64,000 nucleotides of DNA from Candidatus Gottesmanbacteria bacterium (GCA_043801155.1 JAZDMI010000021.1:130683-194682), one strand, 5' to 3'; counted from the stretch's first letter, positions 50,201 through 59,574 are shown. Translations and numbers: made by a program. The notes: generated by a model not told the origin, from the sequence alone.

Positions 50201-50887
50201 ATAGTTAATAATCCCGGTACTTATCAATTTTATGTTAGAGCATCGGTTACCGGCGATCCGTCTCAAGATAGTCAGATAGTTTCAACTGAATACCAAAATA
50301 GTATTCCGGGGAATCCGGCTAATTATCAAAAAACTAAAAACCTATGCACTTACCATATAAGTTTTAAGACAGCTGACGATGGTGGAAAGACGGTTAAGGT
50401 AGAGCTTTATCGTTCGGAGAATACCACATTCAATGTGGATTCCGGTTCTCGTGTCCAATCAATGGCACTAGGTTCTAATACCGAAGGCAGTTTTGATGAT
50501 AGTCCACCCGACTGTAGTAAGACATATTATTATGGTGTACGTGCTTTTGATAGTTTCGGCAATGGTTCAGGTTTTGCCGGTGATTCATTTACGACAACCA
50601 CGACCGTGACTATTGCCGCGTCTCCATCAGCTGCTTCCGGAGCAATTCCTATTTCTGGGGCAGTAACAGGATCAGTAGTCGGTGGCGGTACAGGCGAAGA
50701 AGTAGTCGGTGCAACACCAGGCAGTGAAATTGCTTCTCCAGCTCCGGGGACTACGGCTGAAGGTCAGGTGCAAGGTGTACAAGCAACGCAGTCTGGCTTA
50801 CTAAATAAAAAAAACCTGGCAATTTTTGCTGGCATAATCATTGTTCTGGGTCTTCTTTATTATTTCTATCGGCGAAACCAGGCTTAG
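44276..50887 (+). CDS. 2203-aa surface protein: Pro-rich stalk, Cys-rich domain, repeated SpaA/prealbumin-like and SdrD-B-like domains, DUF11-like domain, internal LPATG+TM, second exported module, C-terminal TM
   Basis: Repeated CTFTN(T), DxNGNG and ITxxK motifs; LPATG at 49817..49831. Confidence 0.85.
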   Translation: MNHLGKDKVFAWLSVFSLTLQILNGVFLFSPIYAQEQTPQSSPDTMVTPSPSVEQTSNIEVTPIPDVSPTPEITPEPSPSLEPTPVATPDVTPIPDTTVSPNNQPEAPPSAQALDQTQASPEPGISPSISPLAEPDKEDGHISAAILKDTKADSIDLIDLDFQAEGSAVINTDKLDYAPTDTVLVTGTGFLPDKTYTIEITSQDLPAVAFNAEVKSDSAGNLFYSYQLDGNYRPNYKVEIKRHTEIIASTTFTDSVPFGPTSSQNIACMGDQPTAPSGLNCTANDIQIASVDNIHIVASGPDPAHLTPTASTECDYPGQYIQFTASWHVESTATSRYNVGLWFANQGQTNALHGMCSASTLPSSPNPPFFEDTDDTCGDIHSGEIGTVTPDITVIAQCNAAPGTNQLSLPYCTSWDQNERAGNGCNNPSGTVPGTPSKCSCDNGFTVPIIVPPSIEVVKSLSPSNDPGLFNLLVNTVTKKTDAGNGGTTGKVGITLGSNSFGETAGTGTNLNNYTSVASCVLRGTQTAVSASQSGNTWTIANITNGQDILCTITNTRINNASITIVKDAQPNNSQDFPFTTTGSGLSSFSLDDDSDPTLSNTKVFTDLGSGIYTVTEGVVSGWTTSQINCVDPTQNSSGNLPTAPVATINLAAGESVTCTFINTRDQGTIELKKVWSGTGGQTTLNIGTTPAGNDTDTQLTGVDGVAPLTTGQNQVNTGTYYMSEAGGLGNYSSSALSCFNDANNNGTNDGESNVTVGINNSVVVGTGQHVICSFTNTRNTGTIKVIKDVSPDDQGATSWDFAISGPTNNSATLVDGGQSNAFTSDTGNYTVTETAHTGTNGSNYNTTYSCSVVTNEITHGSGRIATFALATNQNVVCTFTNALRTGHIIVDKITVPSGDAQSFTFATTGTGYTGFSLTDVSTPNDQELLIGNYSVTETGVNGWTLTNTSCVSSIQDTETANNLELDAGETITCTFTNTKKGSITACKYNDVNGNGVINQGDDQLLDGWEMTLNPGNIKQSTVNGCTTFSNLLPDNYSIIETLQPDWSNTSGGLTQNISLTAGENSTVNFLNFELGDITVCKYNDYNGNGQYEPQDDLPLSNISINLFQAINLLDTKSTGLNGCVTFNGLTAGQYRVAEDYNDPDLLGYYSTNNITHYDVNIVSGSQENRIFLNTQYRTISGTKYHDLNNNGARDAGEPGLENWTIFIDYNNNNVLDAGEPSTTTNVNGYYEFTNLAADSYTIAEGLKPGWNQTQPSTGHYDVDVHTAVTSTGNDFGNRGALSIFACKFEDSNGLLAGGNFTPVTNWDFTLGQQTQNTGSGHCTTFSNLIPGGYTVSEPSPLPNGWFFADDSQGSRYVVLIDQNKTVNFFNYRKGSITGQKFNDLNGNGSKNGGESGLPGWTIHLLDTNDNVLQTTLTDASGNFIFTNLDPGTYRIREVGQTSWLQKTTNPIDIVLSSNQAVTDIDFGNQGRGMITVYKNVDTNGDGQVENTGVTNWTWDITAGEQNIATGQTRTLTAGNYTISEDQQANYHIVDLTCGQTSLGAIETTNFDLNPGQEIICTFTNARDTGTVIVHKLVDSNSDNQYEGGDDDANKLGFRWSLNNENPATRDMGTNAQVTTIDSHLINENNVPGYVFTGWFSGEGTCGDLPANQLQLPVDISLIRNGQSRSITLCNQLQNPILTITKSNNAGGDKNPGDNVLFTLTVTATQSAVNNVIVYDLPAGGFKYRSGSWTANSNVHGVLSIPEPNYTSSGKWILGNMAKDETITLTYLADIDSGQQPGLYKDLAWATGKSLSDTDVLALAVNPGYWDTNYVGTQVNIVKEQQSGLTVNVEGNKEEQVLGASTQLPATGAQSKWLIAALLLLILGLVSIISSTFMKKGKKHLFLIAILFVLMNIMLAGNVLAASLTVRIEEPKTPTNQNNFKINFVTLDIAGRVITANCFVKGPSDAGFSQFGPDISLPNGGNNGNCNVDSTIVNNPGTYQFYVRASVTGDPSQDSQIVSTEYQNSIPGNPANYQKTKNLCTYHISFKTADDGGKTVKVELYRSENTTFNVDSGSRVQSMALGSNTEGSFDDSPPDCSKTYYYGVRAFDSFGNGSGFAGDSFTTTTTVTIAASPSAASGAIPISGAVTGSVVGGGTGEEVVGATPGSEIASPAPGTTAEGQVQGVQATQSGLLNKKNLAIFAGIIIVLGLLYYFYRRNQA

Positions 50888-50893
50888 AATCAG

Positions 50894-51493
50894 GTGAAAA
50901 ACTTGCCTAAAATCCTTACACTTTTTGGTTTTCTATCGATCTTAACCTCGGGAATTATTTTGATTTTTACTTTTTATCCGGTTTTTAATACCGAAATAAA
51001 CTACGAGATTAAATCAGTAATTAAACCATTTATTAAACAATCTCTCAAACCTATTGACACGGACTTTGGGATTGTCATTCTCAAAATTGATGCTAACAGC
51101 AAAATTGTCGCTAACGTTGATCCTTATAACTCAAAGGAATACCAATGGGCTTTAACCAAAGGTGTAGCCCATGCCCGCGGATCTTCTTTTCCCGGAGAAC
51201 TTGGTAATGTTTTTATTTTTTCTCACTCATCAGTGAACTTTTATGAAGCAGTCCGCTATAATTCGATTTTTTACCTTCTTAATAAACTGGAAAAGGGGGA
51301 CGAGATTGATTTATATTACAAAGACAAGAAGTTTAAGTATCTGGTTAATGAGAAAAAAATGGTCAATTCCGGAGATATTCAATACTTATCCGGTAAAAAT
51401 TCAGATAGAACCGTTACCTTGATGACTTGCTGGCCGCCAGGTACTGATTTAAAAAGATTAATAGTCATAGCTGATTATTCCTCGATAAATTAA
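50894..51493 (+). CDS. Sortase (catalytic His/Cys/Arg intact)
   Basis: GNVFIFSH, TLMTCWPPG, KRLIV. Confidence 0.9.
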   Translation: MKNLPKILTLFGFLSILTSGIILIFTFYPVFNTEINYEIKSVIKPFIKQSLKPIDTDFGIVILKIDANSKIVANVDPYNSKEYQWALTKGVAHARGSSFPGELGNVFIFSHSSVNFYEAVRYNSIFYLLNKLEKGDEIDLYYKDKKFKYLVNEKKMVNSGDIQYLSGKNSDRTVTLMTCWPPGTDLKRLIVIADYSSIN

Positions 51494-51559
51494 TAATTCT
51501 TGATATTCCTAATAGAAATTTAACCAATTAAGAGATATAATAATCGCGTATTTACTAAT

Positions 51560-53224
51560 ATGCCTATTAATCAAGTAACCTTAATAAAACTTATTGCTGA
51601 TAGCGGTTTAATCTCTAAGGATGATTTGCGCAATGCCCAAAATACTGCCGATCACTTAGGAAGTACTCGAACCGATATTCTTATTCGGCAAGATTATCTT
51701 AAAGAAGAAGACTTGGGTAATCTATTAAGTAAATTTTTTAAAGTAAAGTATATTGATTTAACTAAAATTGATATACCCATAAAGACTCTTAATTTAATTC
51801 CCGAGTCTTTAGCGGTTGATAGTCGGGTTATTGTTTTTGCCAAAAAAGACGATCAAGTAATGGTGGCAATGGATGACCCTTGGGATCTTGAAGCGATAGA
51901 GTTAGTAAGAAAAACCATTGGTTCGCGGACTAATATTATTCCCCACGTAACAACCCCGGAAGGTATTAAAGAGGCCCTTAAGTTCTATAAAAAGCGGACT
52001 AAAGAAGAGATGGAAGGGCAAATTGAAATAACCAAGACAAAAGACTTATCGGCAATTACGATTGTCAATCAATTGCTAGAAGATGCATGTCGGCAAGAGG
52101 CATCTGATATTCATATCGAACCTTTATCTTCCCAACTGTTAGTTCGATTACGGACTGATGGCGTATTGCATGATCATATGTTACTAGCTAAAGAAATGCA
52201 TCCGGCCATTGTTGCCCGGATAAAAATCCTTTCCGAACTAAAACTTGATGAACAACGTCTTCCGCAGGATGGCCGTTTTTCCTTTGAGACGAAAATGGGA
52301 GAAATAATTGCTCTTCGTGTCTCAACTGCTCCGACCGTATACGGAGAGAAAATAGTCTTAAGGATTCTTCATGATGCTATTTCTAAATTTAATTTAGATG
52401 AACTAGGTTTAATCTCCTCTGATCAAGAAATTATCAGCCGTGTTATTCAACGAACACACGGGATGTTTTTGGTGACCGGTCCGACCGGATCTGGCAAGAC
52501 AACAACTCTATATACAATTTTAGGACTTCTGAACCGACCGGGTGTAAACATTATGACGATTGAAGATCCGGTAGAAAATAGAATTCCCCGGGTAAACCAG
52601 ATACAGGTAAATCCGCAGATTAATCTGGATTTTGCTTCAGGTTTGCGATCGATGTTAAGGCAAGACCCGGATATTATTATGGTTGGTGAAATTCGTGATC
52701 GGGAAACGGCTGTTATTGCTATTAATGCTGCCATGACCGGTCATTTAGTCTTTTCTTCAGTTCATGCCAATACGGCTGCCGGAGCTATTCCAAGAATGAT
52801 CGATTTAGGAGTTGAACCGTTTCTGTTGGCTTCAACCGTTAATATGGTAATCGCCCAACGATTAGTGAGGATCCTTTGCCCGAAATGCCTGGAGGAAATA
52901 AAAATTAGTCCATTAATAAATCAAAGACTGGAAAAATCACAAGCATTTATTTCTCCGGATATTAAAAAGAATTTAACCAGGGATTTTCGAGCCAAAGGAT
53001 GTTCAAACTGCTACTTTACCGGATTTCGTGGCCGGATGGGTATTTTTGAAATTATAAATTTAGACATCCATCTTCAGGAGTTAATAATCAACAAGTCCTC
53101 CAGCAATCTGATATGGCAGGCAGCCCGGGAGGACGGAGCCAGAAGTATGTTGGAAGACGGTTTACTTAAAGCAAATCGGGGGGTTACGCCAATTGAAGAA
53201 GTCTTCCGGGTAATATCAGAGTAA
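51560..53224 (+). CDS. pilB: Type IV pilus / T2SS assembly ATPase PilB/GspE
   Basis: ASDIHIEP, RLPQDGR, GPTGSGKTT, LRQDPD, TGH, two CxxC. Confidence 0.92.
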   Translation: MPINQVTLIKLIADSGLISKDDLRNAQNTADHLGSTRTDILIRQDYLKEEDLGNLLSKFFKVKYIDLTKIDIPIKTLNLIPESLAVDSRVIVFAKKDDQVMVAMDDPWDLEAIELVRKTIGSRTNIIPHVTTPEGIKEALKFYKKRTKEEMEGQIEITKTKDLSAITIVNQLLEDACRQEASDIHIEPLSSQLLVRLRTDGVLHDHMLLAKEMHPAIVARIKILSELKLDEQRLPQDGRFSFETKMGEIIALRVSTAPTVYGEKIVLRILHDAISKFNLDELGLISSDQEIISRVIQRTHGMFLVTGPTGSGKTTTLYTILGLLNRPGVNIMTIEDPVENRIPRVNQIQVNPQINLDFASGLRSMLRQDPDIIMVGEIRDRETAVIAINAAMTGHLVFSSVHANTAAGAIPRMIDLGVEPFLLASTVNMVIAQRLVRILCPKCLEEIKISPLINQRLEKSQAFISPDIKKNLTRDFRAKGCSNCYFTGFRGRMGIFEIINLDIHLQELIINKSSSNLIWQAAREDGARSMLEDGLLKANRGVTPIEEVFRVISE

Positions 53225-53228
53225 TTTT

Positions 53229-54443
53229 ATGGCTAAATATTCTTATATCTTGGTTAACCAAGAAGGAAAAAAAGAATCAGGACAAACAGATGCCTTCTCG
53301 CGTGACGAAGCCGCCAATCAGATAAAGCGGCCCGGATGGTTTATCACTTCTTTAGATAAAAAAATTAATTTTAATTTTGATCTACCTTTCTTTAAACGAA
53401 GCGAGAATTTTTCCTCTTTTGAAAGAATAATGTTTACCGATCACCTGGCATCGATGATTCGTTCGGGAACACCGATTATCGAAGCCCTGGAAATTTATAA
53501 CGATGAAAAAGGGAAAAAGAGGAAACTAATTATTGATAACATGGTTAAACAAATACAAAAAGGTAAACAACTGTCGACGGCGATGACTCTATATCCGCAA
53601 ACATTCTCACCACTTTATATTTCTTTAGTCCAGTCAGGAGAACTAACCGGTCGTCTGGATGAGACAATTGATTATTTGTCAAAAGACTTAAGACGGGAAT
53701 ATGAATTTAATGAGAATATCAGATCAGCCCTTTTTTATCCGGTCCTGGTTCTGATTGTGGCTCTATTGGTAGTTATGCTTTTAATAATGGTGGTTATTCC
53801 GAAAGTTTTATTACTGACAAAAGAACTGGGTAATGACATGCCGCCGGTCACCCGGATGGTAGCTTCGGTAGCCGATTTATTGACAAGGTTTGGGCCTTTA
53901 ATAATTTTTTTAATATTTTTAGGAATGATACTGATGCCGATAATCTTCAGTATCCCCGCGGCTAAACGTAAACTTGACCCCTATTTGTTAAAAATGCCAC
54001 TGGTCGGTTCGATCATCAGAAAATATATTTTGTCACGATTCTTGCAAATTGTTGGTAGTTGTTTAAAATACGGAATTCCATTAACGACAATTTTCCCGAC
54101 GATTGGAAATGTAGTTAGTAATGAAATATATCGTCAGGCGTGTAACCGGGTAGAGGCAAAAATAATTAGAGGCTTAAGCCTTTCCGAAGCGCTTAATCAA
54201 GAATTACCGACTGTCTTCCCCCGTGTGATTGTCAGAACGCTAAAAGGCGGCGAGAAAACCGGATCAGTGGATATGACTTGTTTAAGACTTTCCCGTTTTT
54301 TTGAGGATGATATTGACAGGCAACTTAAAAGAGTTACTGATCTTATTGAACCAATCTTAGTTGTTTTCTTAGGTATTGTTGTTGCCGTAATTGCTTTAGG
54401 AGCCATTGCCCCGATATATCAGTTGACATCAAGTATCAGATAG
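53229..54443 (+). CDS. pilC: Pilus platform protein PilC/GspF
   Basis: SGELTGRLD, ALFYP, GEKTG, IEP. Confidence 0.9.
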   Translation: MAKYSYILVNQEGKKESGQTDAFSRDEAANQIKRPGWFITSLDKKINFNFDLPFFKRSENFSSFERIMFTDHLASMIRSGTPIIEALEIYNDEKGKKRKLIIDNMVKQIQKGKQLSTAMTLYPQTFSPLYISLVQSGELTGRLDETIDYLSKDLRREYEFNENIRSALFYPVLVLIVALLVVMLLIMVVIPKVLLLTKELGNDMPPVTRMVASVADLLTRFGPLIIFLIFLGMILMPIIFSIPAAKRKLDPYLLKMPLVGSIIRKYILSRFLQIVGSCLKYGIPLTTIFPTIGNVVSNEIYRQACNRVEAKIIRGLSLSEALNQELPTVFPRVIVRTLKGGEKTGSVDMTCLRLSRFFEDDIDRQLKRVTDLIEPILVVFLGIVVAVIALGAIAPIYQLTSSIR

Positions 54444-54454
54444 GATGTTTATTT

Positions 54455-54964
54455 ATGTTTCAAAAAGGCTTTACCTTAATCGAGATAATAATTGTATTGG
54501 CGGTAATTGCTATTTTATCTGTTGTTGGGATTGAATCGATAATTGAGTTTCAAAAAAGCGCTCTTCTTGGCGGAGTATCTGATGAATTCATGGCTGTTTT
54601 AAGATCGGCGCGGACAAAAAGTATTTCCGGCGAGCTTCTTGCAGGTGAGAGCCCTGAAAAGTTTTCCGAAACTGGTTTACCCATCTATGGAGTCAGAACC
54701 ACAGCTTCAAGTTATACGTTGTTTCGCCGTTATCAATTAGCGTGTCCACCAACACCTTGTTCTCCAATTCAAAATAGTGATCTTGAAAATGAAAGTTATT
54801 CATTAGACCCACACTTGACTTTTTCAACTATTGGCGAAGTTTTATTCGATCGTATTACTGGTGTTCCAATTACTGGTAGTACTACCCAATTTACTCTTGA
54901 AAGAGTCGGTTCAAGCGATCATAGTACTTTGGAAATAAATAACGAGGGAGTAGTCAAAAAATGA
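54455..54964 (+). CDS. Type IV prepilin-like protein (FimT/GspH-like)
   Basis: KGFTLIEII. Confidence 0.85.
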   Translation: MFQKGFTLIEIIIVLAVIAILSVVGIESIIEFQKSALLGGVSDEFMAVLRSARTKSISGELLAGESPEKFSETGLPIYGVRTTASSYTLFRRYQLACPPTPCSPIQNSDLENESYSLDPHLTFSTIGEVLFDRITGVPITGSTTQFTLERVGSSDHSTLEINNEGVVKK

Positions 54965-55413
54965 CAAAAAACAATGGCTTTTTACTGATTGAGATTCTGA
55001 TCGCCATTGGTTTATCAGCTATTTTCCTGCCGGCTATCGGATTGATTCTTTCTTTTGGTTTAAATGCTGCTTCCGGAAGCGATAAAAATTCAATGGCTAA
55101 TCAACTTGCTCAAGAAGGCATGGAAGCTATATATTATCTAAAAAGTAATAGTTCTGATTGGGATTGGACATCACCAGACTTAGATACAGTAACTGGTGAA
55201 TATTATCAGCCAATAAAAGATAGCGGAGACTGGCAATTAGGAAATATTACCACCTCTCCAATAATTACCCCGGATCCCTTTACCCGGAAAATAGAGATTG
55301 AAGCCGGTTTTTCCGGAGATCAATATTCGCGCAAAATTAATGTTTATGTCACATGGCCGGATAAAAATGGGGAACAGGAGGTAAAACTTGAAAGTTATGT
55401 TACGGCACACTAA
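54961..55413 (+). CDS. Minor pilin (PilV-like)
   Basis: NGFLLIEIL, AQEGMEA. Confidence 0.8.
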   Translation: MTKNNGFLLIEILIAIGLSAIFLPAIGLILSFGLNAASGSDKNSMANQLAQEGMEAIYYLKSNSSDWDWTSPDLDTVTGEYYQPIKDSGDWQLGNITTSPIITPDPFTRKIEIEAGFSGDQYSRKINVYVTWPDKNGEQEVKLESYVTAH

Positions 55414-55912
55414 TAAGGGTTTTTCTCTAATTGAACTGTTGGTAGCAATGGCGATTATTAGCAGCTTATCTCTTTTGACCGTGCATCTCCTATACGGTAC
55501 CGTAGCTACCAGAGCTAAACAATATTCGATCGAGGGAGCAAATGATAATATGCGCTTGTTGATGAGCAATATCACTAAAGAAATCCAAAATGCCAACATA
55601 GTATCTATTGATAATTATTATACGTTGAAATTAACTGGCGATATTTGCCGGACAATTATATGGAATCGGGTCGACCAGATTAAAGAAGCTGTTGATAAGG
55701 CAAATCCCTGTCTACCACCGGCTGAGACTTCTACGGATTTTTTTCCAATCAGCAAGGACCAAATTACCATTAATAAAGTTGAATTTTCATCACTGCCGGC
55801 GACCGGTCAGCCCAAAATAATAACCATTAAAATTAGTGGAATATATAACGATAATTTTGGGAGTCACCCGGTTAATCTGGAGACATCAGTAACGCCAAGA
55901 GTTGTCTTTTAA
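55397..55912 (+). CDS. Minor pilin (PilW/GspJ-like)
   Basis: KGFSLIELLVA. Confidence 0.82.
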   Translation: MLRHTNKGFSLIELLVAMAIISSLSLLTVHLLYGTVATRAKQYSIEGANDNMRLLMSNITKEIQNANIVSIDNYYTLKLTGDICRTIIWNRVDQIKEAVDKANPCLPPAETSTDFFPISKDQITINKVEFSSLPATGQPKIITIKISGIYNDNFGSHPVNLETSVTPRVVF

Positions 55913-55914
55913 AT

Positions 55915-57297
55915 ATGATAAAAACAAAAAAAACACGCAACCAAACAGGCCAGGCAGCGATTTTACTCATTTTTGCTTTGGGACTAATTATTGTCCTGAT
56001 TGGATTATCATTAATCAAAACCGGAACTTTAGAATCATTGATGAGCCGGTCAGAGATTGGTTCTACCAAAGCCTTTTACATCGCCAATGCCGGCGTCGAA
56101 AAAGCATATAGTCTTATTAAGAACGATACTTATACGAGTCCTTTTCCGCTTAATCTTGAAAGTGGCTCCGCCCAAGTTAGTGTGACTGATAATGGTAACC
56201 GTAAAATAATTGAATCAAGGGGTACTACCCAGGGAACATCTGCTAATTTTACGCGTAAACTAATAGTTACTTTACAAAAAACTTCTGGGCTTGATTATGC
56301 AGTTCATGCAGGTAGTGGTGGTTTTGAACTAGATGTTAATTCATTGATTACTGGAAAAAATGGTGCTTCCGGTAATGTTTATTCCAACGGTGATATTATG
56401 GGCAAAAGTAGTGCTCATTCTGACGGTCATTGTATTAAAAACAAGGAAAATGAAGCTGGATCTGTGATTGAAGGTTCGGTAACGGCCGTTGGTAATATCA
56501 TTAAGTATAAAGGGGGCGATGGAGTTTGTGTCGAACAAAGCCTCAGCGCTAACGATCTAAAAGAATGCTATGTAGTTGGATTACGTAGCGGAGTTAATAT
56601 TGATAATGATAATTGTCCATCGGCTGCGATCGAACCACCAGTTATTCTCAATACGCCTCCACCTGTTATTAAATTACCACTTATGGGAGAAGATGAGGTT
56701 ATCGCCGATATCAAGACAACGCCTTTCCCTAATGATTGTACTTTGGGTGGACATATAACTTCTGAAGATTGTTCGTTTGGAAGTAATAAAATTGGCCCTT
56801 TAATAATTAAAGGCGGCCTGACAATTGAATCAAATACAAATGTAATATTTTCTGGACCTGTCTATATTCAGGGGAACTTAACAATTAAAAGCCATGTAAA
56901 TATATCCATGGATCAGACGAATCCTGCTTGTATAAGTCAAATGATTATTACTACTGGAAGTATATCAATCGCTAGCTACGTAAATATTGGTAACCAATCA
57001 TGCGATCCTTCAGGAAAGGCGTTTTTATTATTTATATCAAAACAAGTTGCGAGTGGATCTGATATTTGTCAAGATCCAACAATTTCTCTTTCTTCAAATA
57101 CGGATACAGTATTGTTCTATACAAATGATGGTTGTATTAATATTGCTTCTAAACTAGATGTTCATGGTACGATACTTGGTAAAAAGATTCATGTTTCTAG
57201 TAATTCAACCATTGAATATGATCCGGATTTAAAATTTGCTGATTTTGGTCCGCAGCAAGAAGGAGACTGGCAGACATTGTCGTTCAAGGAAGAATAA
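55915..57297 (+). CDS. PilX-like minor pilin with a large C-terminal beta-rich domain
   Basis: GQAAILL without Glu5; AFYIANAGVE. Confidence 0.78.
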   Translation: MIKTKKTRNQTGQAAILLIFALGLIIVLIGLSLIKTGTLESLMSRSEIGSTKAFYIANAGVEKAYSLIKNDTYTSPFPLNLESGSAQVSVTDNGNRKIIESRGTTQGTSANFTRKLIVTLQKTSGLDYAVHAGSGGFELDVNSLITGKNGASGNVYSNGDIMGKSSAHSDGHCIKNKENEAGSVIEGSVTAVGNIIKYKGGDGVCVEQSLSANDLKECYVVGLRSGVNIDNDNCPSAAIEPPVILNTPPPVIKLPLMGEDEVIADIKTTPFPNDCTLGGHITSEDCSFGSNKIGPLIIKGGLTIESNTNVIFSGPVYIQGNLTIKSHVNISMDQTNPACISQMIITTGSISIASYVNIGNQSCDPSGKAFLLFISKQVASGSDICQDPTISLSSNTDTVLFYTNDGCINIASKLDVHGTILGKKIHVSSNSTIEYDPDLKFADFGPQQEGDWQTLSFKEE

Positions 57298-57353
57298 TCA
57301 TTGTATTTTTATACAAATATGGTATATTTTAGTAGCTTGTAAATGGAAATTGT

Positions 57354-58790
57354 ATGAATACATATTTATTAGGTATAGAATGGTCAGAAACTAATCCTAA
57401 AATCGCCTGTTTCCGTAAACGGGGAAGTAAGTACGATCTTTTCAAGCTTGATGAGCTGTCGATAGAAAAACAAACGGAAGATAATATTGTCAAAGCCTTT
57501 TCTGACTGGCTAAAAAATAATATTCCCCAGAATAGCCAGATAAAGACCTTTTTAGCCTTACCGGAATCCTATATTTTCTTAAAAGAAACCGAGTTGCCAA
57601 AAATAAATGAAAAAGAGCTTGATGAAGCTGTTTTCTGGGAGACTTCTTTATTTACACCTTTATCTCCATCTAATGTCGTCGTCCAATGGCGAAAAATTTA
57701 TGAAACAGATAAAAATCTATATGTTTCCGTTATTGCGGTTAAAAACGATGTCGTCGAACGATTGGTATCAATTTTTGATCAAATAGGACTTCCCATTTTA
57801 GCCATTGAGCCAACATCATTATCTTTGTCGAGATTATTACCCACCGTGTCAGATAAAATAACTCTTTTGGCTTCTGCGGGTACTGACGAGACAAATTTTA
57901 TTGTTATTAAGAACGGTTCACCGATTTTTTCTAATTCGATTCCGATTACCTTGACCGGGATGAAGACTAAAAAAGAGAAATTAGATGAGGATATTGCAAA
58001 TAGTTTAGCTAATAGCGTCAGGGAAGTCATTTATTTTTTGGAACAGAAAAAAGAGGGGACGGTTCAGGAAGTTGTCATTGCCGGCGATGTTGTTAGTTAT
58101 TCCGGTTTAGCATCGACAATTAATAACTATATTCACTTACCGACAATTTGGGGAAAATTTCCTGCTTTTAATTTTTTAAGACCGATATTAGGTTCAAAAC
58201 AGACTATTAGTCGATATCTAGTTGCCCTGGGTGCGGCTATTCGGCCGCTTATAGGCAGCGAAAGGGTAAACCTTCTGCCTTATAAAAATAGGCAGTTATT
58301 CGAAAAAGACGAACAGCAAAATTTCCTAATCAAAAGGATAAATATTTTATCAGGATTATCTCTTTTAATTTTAGCTGTATTTTTATTGCTGGCTACGGGA
58401 TTTGCGTTGTGGAATAGATCTCTCGGCGGGCAGCTTGACCAGGCAAGAATTTCAATTAACACCCACCCGGCTCAAAAATTGATTAATGATATCAAAGTAA
58501 CCAATAATCTGATTACCCAAGTTGGCCGGTTAGTAACCGAACAGAAAGACAGCGGAGAAAAACTACAATTATTTGCCTCTTTAGTTCCGGCCAATATTCG
58601 CCTGACGAGCCTGACTATAAATATGGATAAAAAAGACGAATGGAAGATTGCCGGAATCGGAGATAGACAAACAATTATTGCTTTTTATCAGCAATTAGTA
58701 GATAAAAGTGGCGCTCGACATGTTAGCATGCCCTATTCTAATTTACAAAAAGACAAAGACGTCGACTTTAAGATAACAATCGTATGGTAA
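57354..58790 (+). CDS. PilM-like actin-fold protein fused to a PilN-like domain
   Basis: LGIE start, IEP, GAAIR then VNLLP, a TM segment and an exported domain. Confidence 0.75.
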   Translation: MNTYLLGIEWSETNPKIACFRKRGSKYDLFKLDELSIEKQTEDNIVKAFSDWLKNNIPQNSQIKTFLALPESYIFLKETELPKINEKELDEAVFWETSLFTPLSPSNVVVQWRKIYETDKNLYVSVIAVKNDVVERLVSIFDQIGLPILAIEPTSLSLSRLLPTVSDKITLLASAGTDETNFIVIKNGSPIFSNSIPITLTGMKTKKEKLDEDIANSLANSVREVIYFLEQKKEGTVQEVVIAGDVVSYSGLASTINNYIHLPTIWGKFPAFNFLRPILGSKQTISRYLVALGAAIRPLIGSERVNLLPYKNRQLFEKDEQQNFLIKRINILSGLSLLILAVFLLLATGFALWNRSLGGQLDQARISINTHPAQKLINDIKVTNNLITQVGRLVTEQKDSGEKLQLFASLVPANIRLTSLTINMDKKDEWKIAGIGDRQTIIAFYQQLVDKSGARHVSMPYSNLQKDKDVDFKITIVW

Positions 58791-59323
58791 AAATTATCAA
58801 TAATATTAATAAAAATATCCTGATTTTTCCTGCTTTAGTATTGGCGATTATCCTAGTTTTGTTAATCGTAACCGGAAATTTTCTTTATCAGAAAGCATTA
58901 ACAATTAAAGACAGCCAACAAAAATTATCTATTCTTAAGCAGGACTTATTCTATTTAGATAAAATTATCAGCGATAAAAATGCCAGTCAGTACCAAATAA
59001 ATGAGATGGTAAAATCTTTACCCGCCAGTTACAACGACGTCGTTACCTTCGTATCGCAAATCGAAAGAATCGCCACTCAAAGCAGTCAAAAGATTGAAAT
59101 TAATATTGCCGAAAAGGCAATCCCGGAAACAGGAAATCTGGCCAGTATTAAATTGTCCATCAAAACAATTGGTTCATATAATGGATTTACCAAGATGATA
59201 TCTAATTTTTCCAGTTTACCATTCCATACCAAAGTTGATTCGATCTTAATTGAACAAAATAAAGAAGAACTTTCTGCTTTAACCGAGTTAAGACTATTTA
59301 AGAGGGAAGAGGAGATAAAATGA
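58784..59323 (+). CDS. PilO-like protein
   Basis: TM, coiled coil, SLP, GSY; operon context. Confidence 0.65.
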   Translation: MVKIINNINKNILIFPALVLAIILVLLIVTGNFLYQKALTIKDSQQKLSILKQDLFYLDKIISDKNASQYQINEMVKSLPASYNDVVTFVSQIERIATQSSQKIEINIAEKAIPETGNLASIKLSIKTIGSYNGFTKMISNFSSLPFHTKVDSILIEQNKEELSALTELRLFKREEEIK

Positions 59324-59574
59324 AAAGAATAACCGAAAACCTATTTTTCTTTATCATATTAATCTATTGTTTCAGCGTTCTTTTTTTCCTGGCAAAAGTC
59401 GTAGTTAAAATCAATGTTAAACAGCAATCCCTTGTCGAATCGCCGATTCCCATACTAGCGGTTGGTAAGCTCAATAATGTCTATCAAGTTCTGGTTAATA
59501 GAGAACAGATAAATTATCCAAAAGTCGATTTAGGAAACTTCAAATTCGGCAAAACAGAACCTTTCAGTCCTTAA
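59320..59574 (+). CDS. Small membrane protein (PilP-like position)
   Basis: TM and C-terminal GKTEPF. Confidence 0.6.
   Translation: MKRITENLFFFIILIYCFSVLFFLAKVVVKINVKQQSLVESPIPILAVGKLNNVYQVLVNREQINYPKVDLGNFKFGKTEPFSP

Noticed and set aside
55902-56111. Alternative-frame ORF overlapping the PilX-like gene
   Set aside because: It is nested in a supported gene and shows no features suggesting a real product.
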